From positions 62,001 to 126,000 of the forward strand of contig KZ538031.1 in NCBI GenBank assembly GCA_000934665.2: a stretch of 64,000 bases of DNA. Reading direction: 5' to 3'. The notes beneath the pieces were generated by a model. It was not told where the DNA came from. It made no database searches and saw only the letters and a program-made list of their open reading frames with translations. This DNA comes from Catajapyx aquilonaris (taxonomy: Eukaryota). Below, piece by piece: positions 40,869 through 51,336 of the stretch (positions are counted from its first letter, which is position 1; each line of letters begins with the position of its first letter). The position numbers and the translations under genes were made by a program.

Positions 40869-41167
40869 CTAGATGGCGCGAAAATGCAAACTACAGCAGC
40901 GCGCAAAAATCAGCAATGTATTTGCAGAATGCGAATATATTGCAATCGACACATGGCTTATTCCTCGACGTCGACCCAGCCAGTGTCGGTTCCTATCAAA
41001 ACAGGTGATGTAACACACGTTGTGGCATTCAAAGATGGCCGGACCGACTGCATGAAATATTTTGTAGTGTTTGGTAATATGTTATTGCTCATATTGTATG
41101 TTTGCAAATTCAGATGCATATGCGATGAATTGTAATGCTCAGTTCATTGCAGTTGGGAGTGTGAACG

Positions 41168-42778
41168 ATGCATACTTCAGGAGGAAACAGCAACAAAGCC
41201 GGACTGAAAGCACGGAATAAGTATGTCGACGCTGCGATTGATCTCATCGCCGGATCAGCCGGTACGTATCGCTTGAACAACAATGTACTAGTTAAACTCA
41301 CCATCTTTTTTGCAAATAGGTGGAGCTGCTAATGTGTATGTTGGTCAACCACTGGACACGGTGAAAGTGAAAATGCAGACTTTTCCCAGTATGTACGCAG
41401 GGATGGTCAATTGCTTCAAGAAAACACTGCAGCGAGATGGGATACGTGGCCTGTACGCTGGTACGTTACCTGCATTAGCTGCTAATGTTGCGGAAAACTC
41501 AGTCCTGTTCGCTGGATATGGCGCGTGCCAGAAGCTGCTGGCGCACTTCGGGGGAAAGAGAGTGGAGGACCTGAGTGCCCTTTGGAATGCGTCGGCTGGA
41601 TTCATGGCTGCTTTCCTCTCATCGTTCACGCTGTGTCCGACAGAGCTGGTAAAATGCAGGCTTCAAGCTATGAGGGAGACCAGTTTGATGGCGTCAAGTC
41701 AGGTGCAGACCATTGGTCCGTTTGGCCTCACCAGACAGATCCTCAAGGCAGAGGGTGTCCCTGGTTTGTTCCGGGGGCTTACGTCTACATTTGCCAGGGA
41801 GATGCCAGGGTATTTCTTCTTCTTTGGAGGCTACGAGTTGAGTAGGTCCATGCTTACACCAAAAGGGAAAACCAAAGATGAAATAGGTGAGAAAATGCTA
41901 CACGCTGTACTGTACAACTAAAATATAATAATTCAGCCAGTTGTGGCCTGAATACTAATCCAGAGAAAGAAATTAGGATGTGTCAGTAGTTTTTATTATG
42001 CTCTCCAGGACCTGTTCGGACCATCATCGCAGGAGGAATAGGAGGGATGACGCTGTGGGCCATAATTTTCCCAGCTGATGTAGTCAAATCAAGGATACAG
42101 GTGGCAGGATCGACTGAAACTATGCGGAAAGTAATGACTGAAATCCTGCGAAAGGAAGGCAAGTAGCAATTGACACAGTGACGTCTACGTTGTTTAATGG
42201 ATCGCTTATTATCACCATGGGCAAGGGTAATGGGTAGGAATTTTGTGGATATCTAGAGCCCAATGAACTGTTCTGGCTGGCATTGCTACTGTTTAGTAAC
42301 TAAGTAGTAGTGAACCCGTTGCCAAATTTTGGCAACACTTACTGTCTTCCTCCACTTGGACGTAGTACGATAGGCCCCTACCAGTTGGTGCATAGACACT
42401 CCCTCTGCACACTATTGCCACTCTGGTACAGTGTTGGTCATATATTGAGGCAACTGCCAGTGACATTTTCCAATGCGGCAGAAGAAGGAAGCATGGGCGA
42501 GCTAGATTCCTTCTTCTGCCACTTCGAAAAATGTCGCTGGCAGTTGCCTCGATATAATTATGACCAGCACTGTACTCTCGGGGAAAGTAGTACTACATTG
42601 GTGATGAGTTGGTGATTTGCTGTTGAAAATGATTAATTGCAATTTTTTTTTTCTTCCAGGTGTTAGAGCACTTTACAATGGCCTGTTTCCCACTCTGGTA
42701 CGAACCTTTCCGTCAACTGGAGCACTCTTCTTGGCCTACGAGTACACCAAAAAAGGGTTGGAAGCTATTGCATACTGA
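41168..42778 (+). CDS. SLC25A15: Mitochondrial ornithine carrier (SLC25A15/ORNT1-like), 4 coding exons
   Basis: Exons 41168-41261, 41320-41886, 42009-42158, 42660-42778. Three carrier signatures [34 protein letters not shown]-typical AENSVLF and [14 protein letters not shown]. Confidence 0.93.
42429..42572. mobile_element. Tc1/mariner-type palindromic MITE in the last SLC25A15 intron
   Basis: TA|CAGTGTTGGTCATA ... TATGACCAGCACTG|TA. Almost the whole 144 bp folds back (GGCAACTGCCAG/CTGGCAGTTGCC, GGCAGAAGAAGGAA/TTCCTTCTTCTGCC). Confidence 0.85.
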
Positions 42779-43465
42779 AAATTAAGGATATTTTTTTTAG
42801 CAAGATACTTCAAGTATTATGTTATGTTGTCACTGTTCTTGTGTTCACTGCCGGCCAGTCACATAGATCTGTTAAAAATAAATATCCCACTGTTGTTATA
42901 AAAACTGGTTTATTAGTGCTTACGAAATCAGTACTCCAATATCATGTGATAGTGTGATACAGTTTAAGGCATCTACAGATATTTTAAAAATTTGACAAGA
43001 GAATATTGTGCATTATAATACCAGACTCAACAATGTAGTCCAAAATGTCAGTCATATGAAGTGATTGTATCACAAAGGTGTCACATCTGATATGGCACAT
43101 ACCCTGTTTCCAATGTATCATTTATACCTGCATTGCATATATTTTTGCTAGTCGAATATTAATACAGGTAGTTTTAATTATTAAATAATAAATGCCTTTA
43201 AGTAGGAGTAAGTGAGCAATAGTGAGCTGCCCTTATTTTCGATTCGTTGATAACATCCTGAGAAATGCAACCAACAGCATGTGAGAGCCTTCATCATATT
43301 TGTCTGGCAGACAGATTTGCAATATAATTGCTATAGTTAATGTCAGTTAAATGCTACATATGGCTAAGGAGGAAATTCTGTGATACACTTCCTGTTCACA
43401 AATGCTGATAGAAATGTACGGCAAATATCATCGGCCCTACAGATCTGCAGATATCAAAATCCATG

Positions 43466-43799
43466 GGGGAGACGGAGTGGCGCCGCGGTAACGCGCGCGC
43501 CCACGGAAGTTAAGGTCCCGGGTTCAATCCCCACCCGGGGTTCCCACCTTCTTTCGTGGAGAGTTGGGCCATCTCTGGCTTCGTTTCGGGTGGCAATTTC
43601 CGATAGACTAAGCCACCCGGGGGAGTTCACAAAATGACGATTAGAGACATTGCACTTGCACTTTGAACATCCCTGGAGTACACTAATTAAGATCTTCTTA
43701 AACTCGCTCCAAAAAATCAAATTCCAATGGTGGTAACCCACCCCCCCTAAGGAGTAGCATAACTCCCCCCGTGGGGTAATGAAAAAAAAAAAAATCAAA
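43466..43799 (+). mobile_element. tRNA-derived SINE, apparently full length
   Basis: Pol III A-box TGGCGCCGCGG and B-box GGTTCAATCC, unique body, 3' stem-loop GGAGT-AGCATA-ACTCC, A13 tail, perfect 13-bp TSD ATCAAAATCCATG at 43453-43465 and 43800-43812. Confidence 0.9.
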
Positions 43800-43950
43800 A
43801 TCAAAATCCATGTACGCGCAAGTGTATGGCATAATAATTTACATGCATATAATTATACTATGCGCATCCTCCCATGTTCTTTAAATCATATCTAGATCTG
43901 TGATAACTCGTACCTAATACAATGTAAATGCAATGTAAATAGTTGTACTG

Positions 43951-44180
43951 CAGGGGTTGAAATATTCTGCTGCAAAGGTGTAATTTGCACTCCAAAATTG
44001 TTTTCTGCACTCCAAACTGAACCTTGGAGTCTAAACATTGCACTGAGTTGGTCCTACTTTTTAATATGGATAAACCCAGTATTTAAAAATTAAACCTTCT
44101 GAGTAAGTAAATTGTACACCAGATGAAAGTCTGGAGTGCAAATTTTGCACCTGGACAAAAAATTTAAGATTCGACCCCTG
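43951..44180. mobile_element. MITE with CAGGGGT TIRs and an apparent 6-bp TSD
   Basis: CAGGGGTTGAA ... TTCGACCCCTG (10/11 match), flanked on both sides by GTACTG; subterminal TTGCACTCCA / TGGAGTGCAA inverted repeats. Confidence 0.7.
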
Positions 44181-45208
44181 GTACTGCGCATGTAATGCAT
44201 AGCAAATTCAAGTTTTGCTTTTTGAAAATGCATATTTTCTTTTCTGAATATTTTGATACGCTGTTGGATGAATCCGCTGATACAAAACCTGTGGGTAAGG
44301 AAGTTAGAGAGTAACGAGTGTAGGTGTGTGCATCAGATTCTTGTCACTTCAGCACACCCTTGATTGCAAATGGGTAACCAAGTAGGACATGCTGTAGTAT
44401 TTGCCAAAACTTTTAACCTAGAAAGCAGGAAAATCTTCAGTGACAGGTGTAAAGGCACTATTATATTGCTTTCTAGGTGAATACTTATGCTGTGATGCTG
44501 TGCGGCTAGGAATGGATGTGTGTTTTGATCGCTTTGTATATCCAGAATGTACTCGGTGTAATTACATTCTGGTTAAAAATTGTGCTGTTGGGTTTACACA
44601 CAACCTGAACAGTCATCATAGTTATTAATTATTGCAATACGGCCAGTCTGTTATGAATCACAACAGCATGATGGCCAAGGTGAAAAATTCTTGAACCTGA
44701 GAAACTACTCTATGTAACTGTGGAACCTGAACTGCCAAGTTTTAATCTCAAGAATGGCGAGTAATGGAAGGCAATTGGATATGGGCCAAGTTAAGTCAGT
44801 TTATGAGGGGCTGATAGTGCATTGATGGAAGGGAAACGTATATTGCTGTCATGTAGACAATGCTTCGCACCCTGTGACATATTAACCTAATACCAAGGAT
44901 AATCTCTATTGCTCCTAAGCTTCTAATGCAGTATTCTCTTGGGGATCCTTTTACTACCAAGCCCTCTCTCAGTCAGTGATCAGTCAGTCAATATTTCACA
45001 TATCCCAAGTTTGAGATAAATCTGCCAAGTAGGCCCTGTACCATCCTACTCATGGTATCATTGTGCTTCACCCCTTCCATTCCTTATGTCTTTGATTATT
45101 ATTTTTGGTGTGAAGGAGTGTGGTACTGTATTACTTTCAATAATAACAATAATAATACTGTCGTGGGGAGTTGAAATACTCTAGAAAACCTGAGAATGTG
45201 TGTTATTA

Positions 45209-46459
45209 CTACAGCCAGTCATATCCACCAACATTCAAAAATGTCCATCCTGGTATACTGGCTGCCTTGATATCCTCAAGCAAGCCATGAGGAATGTTTG
45301 AGTAGTTATCTGGCACCACTGCCTTTCCACCAGCCAAGTATCCAGCCCAGAAGCTGTACGTTCCTTGCGAGACCACGGAGTGATTGCAAGCAGCCAGGGT
45401 GGCCAAGTCCACATGTGGCTTACCATCCCTGCCGACCCACACCGCATCCTCGTTGGCTGGTGCAGTCACATACCTCATGGCCCACCTGGCATCATCACTT
45501 GTTACCACAAACACCTTGTTCAAAGGTACCTCCTGGCGGATCAGCGACATGGCCCTCCTGAAGTAGTCCTCCCCAGCAAGTACACCATTCTTGGTCTCAC
45601 GCAACCAACGAGCATAATCAGTGCGACGCACATGTATGCCAACATAAGTTGCGTTTTTCCTTCCAAGTGCACGGAGTGTGGATTGTGCGATGGAGGACAA
45701 ATCTGGTCTGTAGAAGGAAAGAATTATTGGAGACAGGAAAATATTATCACCACACTTGTACTAATGGAAATGAACTAATTAGCTGTAATAAGTTAATTTT
45801 GTCACATTTTGAGCAAAATTTTCCATTGGCTTAACTGATGTCATCTATAATGTTAGGCAACTCTTAGGATGAGTCTGTCCCTAGAGTTTGAGCAACTATA
45901 AAGTTTGCAAAATAAATGGCCCAGGAGAGAGATCAACTCTCTAATGAAAAGAGAGGACATACCTGAACTGAAACTCTTCCATGAGTTCACTCCTGTACTG
46001 ATGAAACAGAGGCACTTCTGTAGGAAACCCATCCAAAATCACTCCAGTCGTCTTGACCTCCTTGACAAAATGGGCTGGCTTCTGCAGAAATTCTTTGACC
46101 TCAACTTTAGTCCACTTGCCTGGACATGCCAAGGTCTCTCCGAGTGTCAGCTTGGGGAAGATCTCGACTAACTTTCTCCTCATGTCTGGAACCAGGGCTG
46201 CCTGGAGGGAAAACCTCTTAGCCACTGCCCAGAGGGTGGCATACTGAGACATCAGGTTTCCCAGCCGACCACCATTTGACACGCTGATAATTCCAGATCC
46301 TGGTATGTTTGGGTCGCATTTGACTGCTGTTCTGCTCTCTAGATCATCCAGGTCTATTTTTTCTGGGAACCTTTGGAACAAGATCACGAGGTACACGGTA
46401 CCAATACATACACCCAGTGCTATTGTCTTGATCATATCCCTGTTCCTGTTGTGCATCAT
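45209..46459 (-). CDS. Galactoside alpha-1,2-fucosyltransferase-like (GT11, FUT1/FUT2 family), 2 coding exons
   Basis: Exons 45963-46459 and 45209-45707. Type II TM segment (IALGVCIGTVYLVILF); GT11 motifs GRLGNLMSQYA, YVGIHVRRTDY, FVVTSDD, DLATLAACNHSVVSQGTYSFWAGYLAGG. Start ATG is uncertain. Confidence 0.9.
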
Positions 46460-47665
46460 TTGAAAATGGAAGGCTACGCAGCAGCTGTCAAGTCTGACAT
46501 CCTGAAATGCCAATAGGGTGTTAGCACTATCTGCCCCCTTTTTAAGGACAAGCACAGCACACTTGTTATCTTCTAGATAATGGCGGTTGAACACTCTGGC
46601 CGATAAAGATGCTGCCTTTCTGCAGTGAAGCAGAGTCAAATATAGAAGGAGTCATAAATTTCCTGTGTTAGATGTAGTCCACAGTGTACAGTACACAGCA
46701 TGCAATATGTAGGCCCGAATATGTGCTTTAATTGCAATAAGCACTTAATGTATCTGTAAAGATTGAATTTTGAATCCATATTTTGTCTAAATGACATTTA
46801 CTCTGAACTGTGGTAGTGTAGATCAGTAAGACAATTGCGCATGTCTAGGTATCAATATTTATGTGTATTATTAATAATCTATGTATACTTTGTACATGAT
46901 GGTATGATACCATACCACTGATTTGAAGATAAGCCATTATAATAGCAGACTGTATATAATTAAGTAATGCTGAAGCCCTTAAATAAACAGAGCATACTAT
47001 TTAGCAGTCCTATATCATCGACGTCCCTTCCGATAAAGTTGGAAAAAGTAGCCTACTTAAGCACAGCCACTAAAAAGTAGGCTAAGTTCACCTGCAGGTC
47101 AAAACTCTTGTAACTGAAACTATTGAAACACAGCCACTTTTTATCTCTCCGATATTGTATGACCATTGGTGGAGTTCGTTTATCTCATCGGGGTTTACCT
47201 ACTAAATATGGTGTGTTTCCAACCAGAACCGATAAGTACCGTATACACTGCAGAAAAACTTGATAAAATACCTCTATCATAGTGTAATGAATTCAGTAGG
47301 CCATGAGTTATTAACGAGCTTTTTATAATATAGCTAACGTATTAATCATATGCGATTTTTTCTTCTCACACCTTGAAATCGATAAAATCATGGTATCTAA
47401 GCAAATGCTTCGGAAAGCACACTGTACTGCACATCCATTGCAACCACGATTGCAACACTAATTTGTCACGTAACCATTGATTAGAGTCAATATAATGCAA
47501 TCCACCTAACTGTAAGCATGCAGTATATTGTTATGCAAGACACGAATCCTGCACATGTTCCTGTCCAAGCATCCGCTGAACTGTTCGATGTGCAGAAATC
47601 GTTAGCGTGACTATATAACAGGCTCAATTCCCATTGATAAAACAGTAGAGAGTCCTGTCGCAGTA

Positions 47666-47775
47666 TACAGGGTCATTCACTGCCCAAGTCAACAGTCTGT
47701 GACCAATCCCACTTGGACTTTCAATTCCCTTGAAAATTCAAGTGGGACAGGTCACGGATTGTTCCCTGAAGTGAC
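47666..47775. mobile_element. Degenerate mariner-like MITE or hairpin
   Basis: Starts TA|CAGGGT. ACAGTCTGTGACCAATCCCACTTG pairs with CAAGTGGGACAGGTCACGGATTGT with a few mismatches. Right end is unclear. Confidence 0.4.
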
Positions 47776-49438
47776 CAGTTTACAGGACATACTTCTCTGT
47801 TATACACTTAGTAATATAAATTAATCCAACTGATCATTTTTGGAAAAATTAGTTACAGCAATTTTTTCTTTTCCGAACTCCCTTTTGACCCTAGGTTTGT
47901 AGATGCAAGGGATTAACCACTTCGGTACTCAGGTGTACACCTACAGTGGTACTCCCAGTTACTCTTTGGTACTCCTTGGTACTACTTTGAATTAAGGTAC
48001 TCCAATGTACACTTTACAGTTGATTGGTTAACCTCTAGTTAGATATTTTAGAGTATGATAATTTACGTCAGTCTAGCAGGATTTTACACGGACTGAAATA
48101 ATGGGGAATGAAGTCCGAAGTTTCGGCGAAATGTATGACGAATTTTCACATCCCTGGTCTTGAACATGGGAATAATAAGCAATGCACCTTTATAAATGCA
48201 TGGAGCATAATTGAGTCGGTGAGAACTGCAAGGAAACAACGATTTTGCAATTATTTTGCTCTATTTCGGTTCATCGCATGTGAGAACATTGCAGTAGTCG
48301 TAATTATGAGATCATTTTTTTCCCAAGCATTTCGCTATTGGACTAGCGCATATTATGCAATAACCATGTGTCCCGGTCAGGTACCGGTACTGTACATGCC
48401 CACCCATAATAAACTCTACCTTGAAAAATTGCCTAAATCTCTAACAGCTCTACCAGACTTCAACACGCGTGTATATTACCTGACAGGTGTTAATGAGACG
48501 AAGCAATAAAAATGTCATACCTGGTGTCATGTCTACCTCCTGCAGAGAACTGCAGGCGGGAAAGTGTGCCACTGCGGATAGACTCCCGGCCTGCGAAAAA
48601 TCTAAAACCCGGCAAGCAGCAAAGGGATCGAAGAAATGGATTATCGGAGGTGGAACCCAGTGGAAGTCAAACAAAGGGTGGAAAAAAAATAAAATCACAG
48701 CTTGTTCCTATACCGATAGAGTTAATTACTACCTACACAGCTTGTTAGGGGGTAATTAAAAATATAAGATCGTTACATTACGTGAGGTGCATGGTACGAC
48801 AGGATCAATTACCTTAGTCTCGCGGGTGTCTCGAGGATTTTTTCTCGAGAAGACGTGTGTCCTTGTCATCCTTGACATGAAATCAAGGGAGTAGAAAAGG
48901 ACTCTTGAAGGGAGTTAAAAAAAAGTTCTCTAGCATTTTATGATTGACTGGGTTCATCTCAACTTTCACATTACTGGAGATTTCTTTTCCACCGATCGGT
49001 GCGGAGTAAGACTATCGCTTCATGATTTTTAAATGTATTTTATCTTACAATAAAGAAATTGAAAAATCCGAAAAATCCCGCTTCCAGAAAATGTCTCCAT
49101 TCATTATTCTTTATTACTGTCAACAATGGCTGTTTCAACGTGCAGCACAATTTTTAAAATAGAAAATGCTAAAACCTCATTGTACGAATGAAATCACTGC
49201 GGAATAATGTCAATGGAATATTTTTATGCAGGCAGATATGAAATTATGAATCAAATGAATGCACATAGCGTCATCAGAGCAGTGCGATAGTATTTTCTCC
49301 AACCTTGGCTACAGTGTCCAGAAACGTCCTTTGTGATTCCCTTGGATGATGCTAATTGGGAGAGAGTGTCAAAGGAGGGAATCTGAAGTTCGGAAAAAGT
49401 GAAAATGACGGATTCATCTGATTGCTCCTGTCCATACG

Positions 49439-49512
49439 TATATAAAGGGACGTATAATCCGATTGATTTCATTCAAACATTCACATGGACTCATCTGATA
49501 TTAACTGATCAG
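49439..49512 (+). promoter_or_regulatory. TATA box, arthropod initiator and non-coding first exon of the DUF4779-like gene
   Basis: TATATAAA at 49439-49446, TCATTC Inr at 49469-49474 about 30 nt downstream, donor AG|GTACAG at 49512, acceptor at 49586. A 7-codon uORF starts at 49485. Confidence 0.65.
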
Positions 49513-49603
49513 GTACAGTCAATCTTTTTTTTAAGTTTTAGGTGTTTGAATAATTGGGATTAACTTTATTAATTTTTGGGTGTCAGCTGAGGCCATCAAG
49601 ATA

Positions 49604-50897
49604 ATGGTGCCACAAGTACGATGGGTGTTAGTCATTTTCCTCCTTTCGTGGGAGGCCAACTGGCTCTTGGTGGACTCGGTACCTGCAGACATTGCTCTCA
49701 CCCGAGCCCAGCTGGAATCACCCTCTGAAGACTCAACGGGGAAACCACTAAATTCATCCAACTACATTTCCGATTATACTATTGGAAACAAATCTGCAGA
49801 TCTGCTTCCAAACTCGACTGATCTGGCTCAAAATGCAACGGATAATGGTTCCAACAATTCGCCTGAAAATACACCTGCAGATTTAAGTGCATCAGGAAGT
49901 GCGTCATATGGAAGTGCATCTGAAGATTTAGAAGTGGCGGCCACAGGTAAGTGTTATTAATGGACAGCTGTGTCCAGACATGCTATTATTATTAATAATA
50001 ACTCGTTACAGGTTATGGTGGTGGAAGCAAGAAGTATGGGAGCAACAAGAAGAGTCAGGGAAGCAAGGGCTACAATGCAGGCCACAATTCCAGTGGTGGC
50101 AATGCGGGCAAGAAAGGTTACAACAAGAAGGGAGGACACCACAACAGCCAGAATGGCAAAAAGGCCAGCAACAATCATCACAACAGCTATGGGAAGAAGG
50201 GTGGTAACAACTCCAAGTTCAACAGCGGTGGACAGAAGTACGGCAACCACAAGTCAGGCAAGAAGGGGCACAAATCTGCCAATTACGGACAACAGGTAAG
50301 TGTAAACGGATGGTACCAGGACACAAATGACATCAGCAATCACAATTATTCTTTAAGTAAATTGTGAATGAAAATTCTATGTGCACGAGTACCCAGCTAC
50401 ATCTGCTCAAATGTGATTTTTAACTTGGATTGTAACAGGGTAGCCACAAGAAGGGCCACAGCACCAAAGGCTTCCACAACATCAACCACAAGGATGAGTA
50501 CTCGAAGCAGTCCAACTTCTACAACGACAACCACAAGAGCGGGCACCATTCCAACAAGGGAGGCTACAACAACCACCACAACGACCAAAATGGCAACAGC
50601 TTCAAGGGAGGCCACCACAAGGGAGGGCACAACAGCAACTACCACAAAGCAGGTGGAAACAAAAAGGGAGGTGGACACCACAGCAGCAAGAAGGGCAACA
50701 ATGGAAGCTACGGACAGAATGGCCATCACGGGAACTACAAGAAGTATGGCAAGAAGGGAGGCCATGCCAAGAAGTATTCCAATGGCGGAAATGGTGGAAG
50801 CAGCTACAGCAGTGGAGGGGGCGGAAGAGGAGGGGGAGGAGGCGGAGGAGGAGGTGGTGGGGGTGGGGGTGGTTATGGTTATGGCATCTCGAGCTAA
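49604..50897 (+). CDS. Secreted Gly/His/Lys/Asn-rich DUF4779-like protein, about 361 aa, 3 coding exons
   Basis: Exons 49604-49946, 50012-50295, 50439-50897. Signal peptide MVPQVRWVLVIFLLSWEANWLLVDS, SEDLEVAATG motif, DUF4779-like core GSHKKGHSTKGFHNINHKDEYSKQSNFYND, poly-Gly tail, AATAAA at 50932. The correct frame of exons 2-3 is absent from the ORF track. Confidence 0.85.
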
Positions 50898-51336
50898 ACT
50901 GTTACATTTTGTTGTTGCATATCTACATGTTAATAAAGTTACTATTCAATTACTGACATTTTCGAGTATGACTTCACCGATAACTCCACCAGCTGACATA
51001 ATTCTACTGAAATTTTGCTTTGAAGACAAATATAATGGAACAGTGAAATAATTAAGACCGCACGAGAAATTATGCATGGAAAAGGAGAAACATGCAAATC
51101 CCACTGTAAAAGCCCAAAAATACTTGTAATCCATCTTTCAGTCATAATGTGAACCTTTATTTCAGCTTCTGTGATCCTGCCACTCTTATTACACTACATA
51201 AAATAAAGTAAAATAATTTATTAAATTAAAGGTGCAAAAATATAAAAAAACATGTGGCTAGGCTATATTTGTGTATATCACACCATGGACGGATATAGGT
51301 AAAGGTAAAATATAGTGATCTTTTAAGGCATAAGAA

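Noticed and set aside
43466..43545. tRNA gene
   Set aside because: A and B boxes are present but there is no convincing cloverleaf or terminator, and it is followed by a body, poly-A and TSD, so it is a SINE head.
47913..48031. piggyBac-like MITE (TTAA-CCA...TGG-TTAA with GGTACTC repeats)
   Set aside because: Only 3 bp of terminal complementarity, too weak to call.
49957..51051. Thr/Arg-rich and Val-rich ORFs in the track
   Set aside because: Shifted or antisense frames of the DUF4779-like exons.
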